A DNA stretch of 64,000 nt, taken from assembly GCA_018822435.1 (NCBI GenBank), contig JAHJKD010000003.1:1208-65207 (forward strand), read 5' to 3'. The notes beneath the pieces are model-generated. The model ran no database searches, was not told the DNA's origin, and saw only the letters and a list, made by a program, of their open reading frames with translations. This document shows, in pieces, positions 8,383 to 17,183 of this stretch (positions within the stretch are counted from its first letter, which is position 1; the number at the start of each line of letters is the position of its first letter). This DNA is from Patescibacteria group bacterium (lineage in GTDB: Bacteria; Patescibacteriota; Patescibacteriia; UBA9570; JAHJKD01). Position numbers and translations under genes: made by a program.

Positions 8383-9201
8383 TTATTCTTCGAAAATTTT
8401 TTCAAAGAATTTAACACGAGATTGTTTTGGATTGGGTAATAACATAATTTCTCTTAGATTTTGTATTTTACCATCTCTGATGAGTTCGGATAATATATCT
8501 AATACGGTAGAATTCTGGCCAAATATAACTCCGCCCGGCTTACATACTCTAACCATTTCTTCCATGAGGGCATAGTTATAATCTGATTCCGGTGGAGTAC
8601 CCTGCTTGGGACGAATGATAGTGTCGTCCATTCCATTGATCACCAAATTAGCTGAATCAGACGGTGCCGTGGCAAGAGTTAATAGCACATCGTCATTGAT
8701 GTAGTAACCATTATCTAAATTCGGCATTCTGATGGATTCTGGATTTGCTGGCGGGAGTGTGTGTTTGGCCTTAGCATTTTTTGAATCAATACCGATATAT
8801 TGACTTGCTCCAAATTCTTTGACTATGTTGCCAATAGAAAAATTCGCATCTTGTAAGACTCTTTCACCACAACCTAAGTCAATTAAGATTTGTCCATTTA
8901 GCTTTTGCTGTAGATATTCTTTAATTTTTTGTCGGACTTCTGGCGACGATTCCCCATAGGGACGACTCTCTTCGTCACCCAATCCTGCCCAGTAGTCAGC
9001 GAACTCGGTTTGATAACCTCCAAATTCTGTGTGCTCAATTATCTTGGTATATATAATGAGTCTGAGCTTTTCATCAAAATTTTCATCTTTATTCCAGTCC
9101 TCAGCTTTGCTAAGAGGCGGAATTAGATTTTGGATACGGAAAAAATTTCCGATATCAAATTGACTTTCTTGTTCTCTTCTTGGTCCTCTTTCAATGCTCA
9201 T
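8383..9201 (-). CDS. Class I SAM-dependent methyltransferase (orphan, substrate unknown)
   Basis: Motif I ILIDLGCGE (hh[DE]hGxGxG) and post-I CKPGGVIFG. No adjacent restriction partner. Confidence 0.6.
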   Translation of the reverse strand: MSIERGPRREQESQFDIGNFFRIQNLIPPLSKAEDWNKDENFDEKLRLIIYTKIIEHTEFGGYQTEFADYWAGLGDEESRPYGESSPEVRQKIKEYLQQKLNGQILIDLGCGERVLQDANFSIGNIVKEFGASQYIGIDSKNAKAKHTLPPANPESIRMPNLDNGYYINDDVLLTLATAPSDSANLVINGMDDTIIRPKQGTPPESDYNYALMEEMVRVCKPGGVIFGQNSTVLDILSELIRDGKIQNLREIMLLPNPKQSRVKFFEKIFEE

Positions 9202-9269
9202 ATTTCAAATAATAAATTGCCCCAATAATATACTTTTCTGCGACAGCAGAAAAGGAATTTAATTATTAC

Positions 9270-9396
9270 ACATAACGTTCCTGCGTATGCGATGTTTGCC
9301 AGTGGTATAATTGCACGAAGTGCTTACCACTGGCAAATATGGGTGGAGGCTTGCGGAGGTACGGAGCAAGCCGTAACCGCATACGCAGTGTTAGCT
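9270..9396. repeat. attC-like structured repeat A
   Basis: ACATAAC-GTTC-CTGCGTATGCG-ATGTT-[hairpin GCCAGTGGTA..TACCACTGGC]-AATATGGGTGGAGG-[hairpin GCTTGC..GCAAGC]-CGTAAC-CGCATACGCAG-T-GTTAGCT. Arms are perfectly complementary. The left box is the reverse complement of D's right box. The right box is the reverse complement of B's left box. Confidence 0.65.
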
Positions 9397-9460
9397 GATG
9401 TATTCCTTTTCTTTTCCGACGATAGTCGGTTGTTTTAAAAATTTTCAAATTTCTTTTTCC

Positions 9461-9592
9461 GTTTTGGGTGGTGGGCAGAGGGGAATTAAAGGGGTGAATG
9501 CCCGCCACCCAAAACACCTATTTCTGGTTTGAGGGAGGGGCAAGAGGGGAACAAAAGGGGTGAATTGCCCCGACCGAAAACTCTCTATTCTA
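9461..9592. repeat. Two tandem ~60-bp G-rich hairpin repeat units
   Basis: Unit 1 is GGGTGGTGGGC-AGAGGGGAATTAAAGGGGTGAAT-GCCCGCCACCC-AAAACACCTATTTCT. Unit 2 is GAGGGAGGGGC-AAGAGGGGAACAAAAGGGGTGAATT-GCCCC... The conserved core AGAGGGGAAnnAAAGGGGTGAAT is enclosed by a stem in each unit. Confidence 0.5.
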
Positions 9593-10334
9593 CTTGTCCA
9601 ATCTCTTTTCTGTATAAACAGTAGTCACAATCTTTGTCTGCCTTTGGTATTTTGTCATTTTCCAAGCACTTCTTGATATCTTTTAATGTTTTCTCTACCC
9701 AATCGTCACTTCCGATGTATTCAATAAGGTGAATATCAAATTCTAGTTTTGCATCAAAGGCTTTTTCATCTGGTCGTCCTGTGCAGTATACAAAATAACC
9801 TGTATTTGACATTTTGAGACCGTTTTGGCGTAAGAGCCACTGATATACTTCCATTTGCCTCTTATAGCCGTCCTGCCAGTCTTTATCCAGCTCTGTGACA
9901 GCTTCTGATTTTGCAGTAGCCTTGTAGTCTACAACAATGTATTCCTTTGTTTTTGGATCAAGCCACAAATCATCAATTGCTCCGCTGACGATAAAACCTG
10001 TTGGCTTGTGTGTGCACTCAACGCCTTTAAAGTTTTCTCTCCAAATATCTAGCGATTCGTGGGCTATAGGAATAGCATTAATGCCGTATTGTTTTTGTAT
10101 GGCGTGTTGTTCGCCGTTTGCTCGGTGTGCGTCAAATTCTGTTTTTAGGAGGTTGTCTACCGCGCTATTGAGTGAAAATGGATATCCGGGCGGTCGTTTC
10201 AATCCAAGTTTGTTATCCAAATAAAAACATTTTGGACATTGCTGGAATAAATCTATTTTTGAGCGTGAAAGACGCCAGCGTTTTCCGCCGTAGTTCCAGT
10301 CTGCTTTTCGTGGGATTGAGTAGTAGTCGGACAT
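9585..10334 (-). CDS. PD-(D/E)XK nuclease family protein with four Cys (Cas4/RecB-nuclease-like fold)
   Basis: Motif GAIDDLWLD...EYIVVDYKAT (D ... [D/E]xK). Cys pairs CPKC near the N-terminus and CDYC near the C-terminus suggest a metal or Fe-S site. Confidence 0.5.
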   Translation of the reverse strand: MSDYYSIPRKADWNYGGKRWRLSRSKIDLFQQCPKCFYLDNKLGLKRPPGYPFSLNSAVDNLLKTEFDAHRANGEQHAIQKQYGINAIPIAHESLDIWRENFKGVECTHKPTGFIVSGAIDDLWLDPKTKEYIVVDYKATAKSEAVTELDKDWQDGYKRQMEVYQWLLRQNGLKMSNTGYFVYCTGRPDEKAFDAKLEFDIHLIEYIGSDDWVEKTLKDIKKCLENDKIPKADKDCDYCLYRKEIGQVE

Positions 10335-10364
10335 GAAATTTAATTATTAATTAATATTTATTCA

Positions 10365-11576
10365 TCAAATCAGTTTCTTGGCCTTGCGATACATTTTTTT
10401 ATATGAATTTTCATTCACTTTCCTCAAAAACAATTTAAGGTCATTTTTTGCAATGATTTTATCTCCAAAGTAATACGATAATATCCCACTTCCATAAAGC
10501 AAGGCTGGTTCTTTATTTTTTTGGTATTCATTATTCAAAAATTCTACTACCTCAAGTGGATTAAATCCCAGTCTTTCAACTGGAATTGAAACTAACTTCT
10601 CATAACATTTAAAAGCACTTTTATAATTTTTCTCTAATATCTTAAAAAAGGCTAAATCAACAATTGTAAGCGTAGAGCTGGGGTATTTTTGTTGAAGTTC
10701 AGTTACGACTTTTTGAGCTTCTGCAATTTTTCCTTGTTTATACAAAAATGTAGCTAAATTTGTTAGTGCAAAATGATTATTCACATCGAGTTTCAAAATT
10801 TTATTACAAAATTCAATGCCTTTATTAAAATCTTTTTTATTTAAACCAAATTCAACAACTAAAATTGTATAATCATCAATAAGGTGGATAGCTGTGCTTT
10901 GTATTAAATCATCATTCCTTTTAGCTAGACTGTTATACAAACGTTCTAATAGAGCGATACTCTTACCAATTTTTCCATAAATCTTTAGTGAAAGCGCTAT
11001 TGTATATATTGATAAATCGAAGATATTGTTTGAAACGATTTGAATATCCTCAAATGAGTTATGTTCGATAATGTTCCAGTAATTTTTTCGTGCCATTCTC
11101 GACCTTAAATCTGCCAAAATCATTTTTCCTATTCTCTTTTCCTTATCATCTGGATGACCAAACGTAAAACTTAAATTTAATTTATTTATGTTGTTTCCAT
11201 CTTTTTTTAGGTTATCAACTGTGAAATCTCCCCATATAATCAAATCAATGTCTTTTTTATTTCTAAATTTTTCTGCTTCTTCCTGATTTTTAAATTTTTT
11301 AATATCTGAAAAATCTTGAACAACTACATATTTATCTAAATCTTGTTCTTTTAGGACTTGATTTATGTTTTTCTTTATTTGTTTGAAATAACTTCCAGAG
11401 TTCAAACCTTCATCAAATTCTATAGAAAGAGCGATGTTAAAATTAGCTGGAAACCATTGGAGTTTTCTTGCTCTGAGCCAATTATATAATTGCTTACGAT
11501 AAGTCCAACAGGCAGTCCCCAAGCCCCCTATTATTAGTAATATCAGCCCACTTATTATAGATTCAGTAATTTCCAT
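10365..11576 (-). CDS. Membrane-anchored protein with a C-terminal TPR-like repeat domain (unknown function)
   Basis: N-terminal TM helix (IISGLILLIIGGLGTA). Central domain without known motifs. C-terminal helical repeats of ~34 aa (ALTNLATFLYKQGKIAEAQKVV, AFFKILEKNYKSAFKCYEKLV). Confidence 0.45.
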   Translation of the reverse strand: MEITESIISGLILLIIGGLGTACWTYRKQLYNWLRARKLQWFPANFNIALSIEFDEGLNSGSYFKQIKKNINQVLKEQDLDKYVVVQDFSDIKKFKNQEEAEKFRNKKDIDLIIWGDFTVDNLKKDGNNINKLNLSFTFGHPDDKEKRIGKMILADLRSRMARKNYWNIIEHNSFEDIQIVSNNIFDLSIYTIALSLKIYGKIGKSIALLERLYNSLAKRNDDLIQSTAIHLIDDYTILVVEFGLNKKDFNKGIEFCNKILKLDVNNHFALTNLATFLYKQGKIAEAQKVVTELQQKYPSSTLTIVDLAFFKILEKNYKSAFKCYEKLVSIPVERLGFNPLEVVEFLNNEYQKNKEPALLYGSGILSYYFGDKIIAKNDLKLFLRKVNENSYKKMYRKAKKLI

Positions 11577-11631
11577 AATTTATTTTCATTACATTTTTCG
11601 AATATATTGAATTGTTAAAACCAAAAATATA

Positions 11632-12879
11632 TCATTTTACCAATTCACCACGAAAAGCTTTCCGGAACAGTGATTGTTGAATTTTATCAGTACGACTTTT
11701 AGCTTCTTTATATATATTTCTGGCTTCATTGACTTTACTTTTTATCATAGTTAGACGGTCAACAATCTTTTCTTGCTCCTCAATCGGCGGTAATGCTATT
11801 TGATATGTTTTAATATAATCAGTAGGAACACGAGCTTGACCCGCCGTCCCCGTCATATGTTGTTGCGCAATATGCCTAAAATAATCACTTCTTAAAATTG
11901 AATAAATGAATTTTGCATTTAGTCTGTCTGAGGGTCTAATGACATGAAATTCAGTAGTCCCAAACCCAATTCCATTAACCAAGTTATTAGCAATCGCTGA
12001 TTTACCATTTTCCATACAAGGTGTGATTTTTGCAAACAAGACATCGCCATTCTTGAAATAAGTGTAACCTTTTCGTACTTTTCCAATTTTTCTTATTTCA
12101 GGTGTTTCAATTTTCCCTGTATGCTCGTTTACTGCAGCCATTGGCACAAAACTAACATCTGTATCATCAGAAATATCTTTGACTTCGCTTTTTTTGGGAT
12201 TTATTTCAGCAATATCTTGTAATTCGACCATTTCCCAGCCTTCAGGTAGTACACTTTCATCATCTGGAATAAGCTTATGGAGTGCTGAAGACATTACGTT
12301 GGCTAAACGTATTTCAGCTTCAAAAAGTAATGACGTTGATTTTGTTAAAATACTTTTTGACTCGTTAAGTTTCATTAAAATCTCTTTTTGATTTGGAATT
12401 GGCGGAAGTGGAATTCGAAGATCTTTAATTATCGTTTGGCTTATATTTGATTGCGCCCCACCAAAACCCTTATCAATTAGGTTATCTTTTTCATTTATAA
12501 GATAAATTTTTAAAAAATCCTTTAAGATTTTACTTTCATCTGGAAAGAATGCACAAACGGCTTGGTTTGTTGTAGCTTCTATGCCAAGTTCAGCTGTTTG
12601 ACCAATGTTTGCTCCGTACATAGCCATTAAAAAAGTTCCTTTGGGTAGAATCTTTACGTTACTTGATTTTAAAGCATCTTTTGTGATTTTTTCTTCTGTT
12701 TCAAAAATTATATTTTCTTTTAATTCACCTGATTTTACCCAAGAAATTTTACCATTTTTATAAAATTCTTTATTGTTTCTACTTGGAGTTCCACCACTGG
12801 TTGTCTTACAAACAGTTTTTAGTTCTACCATTTTCCAGCCAGCAGGAAGTTCTATTTCATTATTTTTCATAATATACAT
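11632..12879 (-). CDS. hsdS: Type I restriction-modification specificity subunit HsdS
   Basis: Two target-recognition halves, each ending in the conserved motif LPPIxxQxxI (LPPIPNQKEIL and LPPIEEQEKIV), plus coiled-coil spacers. Confidence 0.8.
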   Translation of the reverse strand: MYIMKNNEIELPAGWKMVELKTVCKTTSGGTPSRNNKEFYKNGKISWVKSGELKENIIFETEEKITKDALKSSNVKILPKGTFLMAMYGANIGQTAELGIEATTNQAVCAFFPDESKILKDFLKIYLINEKDNLIDKGFGGAQSNISQTIIKDLRIPLPPIPNQKEILMKLNESKSILTKSTSLLFEAEIRLANVMSSALHKLIPDDESVLPEGWEMVELQDIAEINPKKSEVKDISDDTDVSFVPMAAVNEHTGKIETPEIRKIGKVRKGYTYFKNGDVLFAKITPCMENGKSAIANNLVNGIGFGTTEFHVIRPSDRLNAKFIYSILRSDYFRHIAQQHMTGTAGQARVPTDYIKTYQIALPPIEEQEKIVDRLTMIKSKVNEARNIYKEAKSRTDKIQQSLFRKAFRGELVK

Positions 12880-12885
12880 AGTTAA

Positions 12886-14244
12886 TTATCCCAATTCCTT
12901 TTGTAAATCTTCTAATTTATCTATCGCTTCTTTTAAAAAGTTTACACTTTCTTCAATTAAAACATTTGGCTCAGGAAGATTTGAGGGGTCATCGAAACTT
13001 TCATCTTTAAGCCATTTTAAATCTAAATTAAAATTTCTTTTTTTCAAATCTTCAAATAGGAATTTCTTCCATCGTTCTGTTTCCTGGTCTCTATTTTGAT
13101 ATTTCTCAAGAAAATCATTAAAGTATTCAGATTTTAGCGGTTTCCTTTTGGAAATTTTTTCTACATTTGTACGCAAGTCGTAAAACCACAAATTTTCTGT
13201 TTTCTCTCCTGTCTTTTCAAAAAAGATAACATTGGTTTTAACCCCAGGCGTATATGGTGTGAATGTTCCGTTTGGTAATCTAATTATGGTATGTAGATTA
13301 AAATTTTCTAAAAGCATTTTTCGTATTTTTGTCCCTGCTCCTCCTTCAAATAGAACGTTGTCTGGCATTACCATCGCACACCGACCACCATTTTTTAAAA
13401 TACTCATACAATGTTGTAGAAAGTTTAGTTGACGACTTTTGGTTACAACAAAAAAATCATCCCTACTATAAGAAACGCTGTTCGTTTTTTTGAAGGGCGG
13501 ATTTGTAAGAATTACATCATACCCATCGCCATACTTTTCTTTCAAAGAATCACCATAGGTAATTTGACCTTCTATTTCATGTAGATAAAGATTCATTATA
13601 CAAAGTCTTCTCGTTTCCCAAACAAATTCACCTCCTGAAATGGCTTCTTTTTGCAAAAAATCATATTCCTCTCTTTTTAAGCTCTTTTTTTCTTTTTCAA
13701 GCTCTTTAAAAATATACTCAAATGCTTCAATTAAGAATCCCCCCGTACCACAGGCAGGGTCATGGATTGTTTCATTGTGTTTAGGGTTTATACATTTAAC
13801 GATTGTTCGAATCAGTTCACGAGGGGTAAAATACTGACCAGCGCCTTTCTGTTCTGCTGCATATTTTGCGAGCAACCCTTCGTAAGCTGCTCCTTTAACA
13901 TCTATATCAATAGAAGACCACTCTTCATCGTCCAAAGCTCCAATTACTTTGTTTAGGCTAACAGGATTTCTAAATTTATTGTTTGATTGAGCAAAAATAT
14001 CTCCAAGCACTCCGGCTTCTTTTCCAAGATTCTTCAAAACTACTTCATAATGCTCAATAAGAGCCATGCCACTATGATTCATTAAAGTTTGCCAACTGTA
14101 TTCACTTGGTATACGAATACCTTTTTCATCAGCCATTTTGAGAAACAGCAAATATGTTAATTGTTCTATATAGTCACCATAATGCATACCTTCATCGTGA
14201 AGATTTCCTGCTAATGACCAAAGTTTTTGTACGATATCTGACAT
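12886..14244 (-). CDS. hsdM: Type I R-M N6-adenine DNA methyltransferase HsdM
   Basis: Motif IV NPPF (ILTNPPFKK). SAM-binding region DPACGTGGFL. N-terminal HsdM helical domain. Confidence 0.85.
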   Translation of the reverse strand: MSDIVQKLWSLAGNLHDEGMHYGDYIEQLTYLLFLKMADEKGIRIPSEYSWQTLMNHSGMALIEHYEVVLKNLGKEAGVLGDIFAQSNNKFRNPVSLNKVIGALDDEEWSSIDIDVKGAAYEGLLAKYAAEQKGAGQYFTPRELIRTIVKCINPKHNETIHDPACGTGGFLIEAFEYIFKELEKEKKSLKREEYDFLQKEAISGGEFVWETRRLCIMNLYLHEIEGQITYGDSLKEKYGDGYDVILTNPPFKKTNSVSYSRDDFFVVTKSRQLNFLQHCMSILKNGGRCAMVMPDNVLFEGGAGTKIRKMLLENFNLHTIIRLPNGTFTPYTPGVKTNVIFFEKTGEKTENLWFYDLRTNVEKISKRKPLKSEYFNDFLEKYQNRDQETERWKKFLFEDLKKRNFNLDLKWLKDESFDDPSNLPEPNVLIEESVNFLKEAIDKLEDLQKELG

Positions 14245-14257
14245 AGTATTTTAGTTA

Positions 14258-16939
14258 TTACATTGGTTGTAAAATATGTTCATTTATACGCTCTAGGGTT
14301 TCATTCAATTTACCTTCAAAATCCCTATTTGCTTTTGAAAAGCCACCCTTTCTACTAAAAGGCAATGAACGAAAATCGCTAGACTCTACAATGATATTTG
14401 TTTCAAGGTGGATTTTTATATCATCAAGCCATTGTTGCTGTGGCTCAGTCTCGCCCTCAAGTAACATTATCTTAAATGCTTTTTCTATACGTTGTCGTGG
14501 TGTATATAATTTTGTATTCCACATGGCGTGTGAAACAAATGCATATAAGTCAGCTGGGGTTTTAGTATGAGTTGCAATTTCATTTGCGCGTCTTAAATTA
14601 TCTTCTGTGAACCGTTCAGGTGTTTTTGCTAATTCATTTTTAAGCTCCTTGAAATGTTTCATTGAAAATTGTCTTGGTGAATTTAAAAGTATTTTAAGTG
14701 CCTCAATTGTCTTAGCATTTTGCTTAATATATTGCTTAAATGTTTCTAAGTAGTCTTTTGGTTTTAATTCTCTTCCGTCTGTAGTTCGAAAAATATATTC
14801 GGAGGTTGCAATTTCTGCCTTTTTTTCTTTAGAAATTATGAAACCTTGCCTGTAACGAGGGTAATTTTGTAAAAATTCAAGAAAATTAGGGTCTGACATT
14901 TGATTTAGAGCTTCTTCTTCTTGCTGAGCAAGCCTATCTTGAATACTTAATGAGAATTCTTGCAAGTTACCATCTGGTACTGCAAAGCGATTTTCAAGTT
15001 CTTTCCTCCCTTCTTCTGTTATATTCTTATCTACTCTTTGCAACTTCCTAGAAAGAGATTTCACGTTATCTTCAATATCTTTTCCATCACGAATTTCTTT
15101 AATGATTTCACCATAAGTCTTTCCAGCTTTCGTAATTGGTTGCATTATATCTCCGCCTTGCTCCTTCATGAAATCTATTACGCCAATAGCATCAAATACT
15201 GTGAAATGAGTTTTGTTAATATCTTTACAAAGCCGTGTGCCTCTACCAATCATTTGTTCGTAAAGAATTCGTGAACGAATAGGTCTTGCAATAAGCAAAT
15301 TTTCAATTGCTGGCACATCAACACCAGTAGAAAGCATATCAACGGTGACAACTATCCGTGGTTTTTTTAGATTTCTAAATTTACGAATTAGCTCATTTGG
15401 CTTATCGACGGTATAAGTTATTTTTTGAACAACATCATCACCTTCACCTAATTCTTTTCTAAATAGCTTTACCAATTGATTTGCATGTCGCTCATTAACA
15501 CTAAAAACTAAAGTTTTCTCATCTTTTCCAATATATTTACAGACTTCTTTAACAATTTTTCGGTTTCTATCTTCAACAGTCACTTTTCTCTCTAATCCGC
15601 TTGTATCAATATGCAAATCATCATCAAGAAGCTCATCTTTATGTTTTTTGGTTTTCCATTCCTCTATTGTAACTCCTTCTCCTTTTGAAAAAGATACTTC
15701 TTCTTTCATATCTATATCTGTTCGTATTCGTACTGCATCGAAATCTACTAAATATCCATCATCTACTGCCTTTAAATAGCCGTAAGAATACAGATCCTTT
15801 TCATCATGAACATCAAAATATGCTGCTGTGTGAGCTGCAGGCGTAGCAGTCAGTCCAAATTGATGTACATCAAAGTAATCCAAGACATATTTCCATTTAT
15901 TATAAATCGATCGATGGCACTCATCAGATATAATTAAATCAAAAGAATCAATTGGAAAATTCTTGTTATATTCAATTGGACTATCATCCCCGTCAGCCCA
16001 TTCATCTTCTGTTTTAACATCTACACCACTATCTCTGCCTTTAAGCATAGAATACAGTCTTTGTATGGTAGATACATAAACAAATGTATTTGATTTCTTT
16101 CTCTTTTTTAATTGTGATGGCTGTAATACCTCAGCATTATAATCAATTTTTTCACCATCTTCAGGCGTTGGTATCTTGTCACAATAGACAGAATATAAAG
16201 TATCAAATTTATTACCTTTTTCAGGTTCAAATGTTGAAAGAGCCGTTACTGTTTGATCTGCTAAACTTCTTCTATCAACCAAGAATAAAATTCTTTTAAA
16301 ATATCCAGACTTCATTAAATGATACATTAAGGCTGAAGCTGCAAATGTTTTTCCCGTACCAGTTGCCATTGCAATAAGCCCCATTCGTTTATTGTTCAGC
16401 AATCTGTTAACAACATATTCTGCGGCTTCTTTTTGATAAAATCTTAAAGCACGGTCGCCGTAAACAGTTTTAATCTCTTCGTTTTGAAGATACTTTATTG
16501 CGTTATTTTTATCTTCGGAAAGTCTTTCTGTTAAACTTTCTGGTGTATGAAAACCTTCAACTGCTCGACTAAAACTAGGTGATTCTCTTAAATTTTGAAA
16601 CCGTATATCTGTACCATTAGAGCTGTATACAAAAGGCACTTTGTAGCTGCCATACTTAGATTCAAAACCTTCTAAATCTTCTGCGTATCGTAAAGACTGG
16701 GTTAATACGCCATCAATTTGAGTTCCTTCCTTTTTTGCTTCAACTACACCTACAGGTTTACCATCAATTGTAAGTAAGTAATCAGCATCACCTGAGCTTG
16801 TAGGATATTCATAAATAGCCTCACAATCACTCCCTTTGATATCCGTTTTTCGCGAGACAACAGACCAGCCTGCTTTTTCAAGCAGTTTATCAATTTTTTC
16901 TGAACGTGTTTTTGATTCTTTAGGCATATTAAATTTCAT
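14258..16939 (-). CDS. hsdR: Type I restriction enzyme HsdR (helicase/nuclease subunit)
   Basis: Walker A MATGTGKTF and DEAH-box DECH (SDECHRS). N-terminal PD-(D/E)XK-type nuclease region. 893 aa. Confidence 0.85.
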   Translation of the reverse strand: MKFNMPKESKTRSEKIDKLLEKAGWSVVSRKTDIKGSDCEAIYEYPTSSGDADYLLTIDGKPVGVVEAKKEGTQIDGVLTQSLRYAEDLEGFESKYGSYKVPFVYSSNGTDIRFQNLRESPSFSRAVEGFHTPESLTERLSEDKNNAIKYLQNEEIKTVYGDRALRFYQKEAAEYVVNRLLNNKRMGLIAMATGTGKTFAASALMYHLMKSGYFKRILFLVDRRSLADQTVTALSTFEPEKGNKFDTLYSVYCDKIPTPEDGEKIDYNAEVLQPSQLKKRKKSNTFVYVSTIQRLYSMLKGRDSGVDVKTEDEWADGDDSPIEYNKNFPIDSFDLIISDECHRSIYNKWKYVLDYFDVHQFGLTATPAAHTAAYFDVHDEKDLYSYGYLKAVDDGYLVDFDAVRIRTDIDMKEEVSFSKGEGVTIEEWKTKKHKDELLDDDLHIDTSGLERKVTVEDRNRKIVKEVCKYIGKDEKTLVFSVNERHANQLVKLFRKELGEGDDVVQKITYTVDKPNELIRKFRNLKKPRIVVTVDMLSTGVDVPAIENLLIARPIRSRILYEQMIGRGTRLCKDINKTHFTVFDAIGVIDFMKEQGGDIMQPITKAGKTYGEIIKEIRDGKDIEDNVKSLSRKLQRVDKNITEEGRKELENRFAVPDGNLQEFSLSIQDRLAQQEEEALNQMSDPNFLEFLQNYPRYRQGFIISKEKKAEIATSEYIFRTTDGRELKPKDYLETFKQYIKQNAKTIEALKILLNSPRQFSMKHFKELKNELAKTPERFTEDNLRRANEIATHTKTPADLYAFVSHAMWNTKLYTPRQRIEKAFKIMLLEGETEPQQQWLDDIKIHLETNIIVESSDFRSLPFSRKGGFSKANRDFEGKLNETLERINEHILQPM

Positions 16940-16957
16940 TACATTGTTCTGATTGTT

Positions 16958-17173
16958 CTAACCCTGATTTTCAGGTGAACTTTTTTTCAAGAATGTTATT
17001 ACGTCTTTCTTGTGATAGCGTCTTGGCTGCGTATCACTTGGACGAAAGGCTTTAAGTAGTCCTTTATCGTCCCAACGTCTTAATGTCATAAGAGAAACTT
17101 GTAGTATATCTGCAACTTCCCGAAGGGATAGTATTTCCGGCATATCCTTTAATTGGTCTACTAGGTTTTTCAT
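16958..17173 (-). CDS. Small HTH DNA-binding protein (MerR/excisionase-type helix-turn-helix)
   Basis: 71 aa. LSLREVADILQVSLMTLRRWDDKGLL is a typical excisionase/MerR-family HTH. Located between the GmrSD-like gene and hsdR. Confidence 0.5.
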   Translation of the reverse strand: MKNLVDQLKDMPEILSLREVADILQVSLMTLRRWDDKGLLKAFRPSDTQPRRYHKKDVITFLKKSSPENQG

Positions 17174-17183
17174 AACAATAAAA

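Noticed and set aside
9266-9517. 83-aa minus-strand ORF
   Set aside because: It lies entirely over attC-like repeat A and the G-rich tandem repeats. It is Arg/Lys-rich and of low complexity, so it is a translation artefact of structured DNA.
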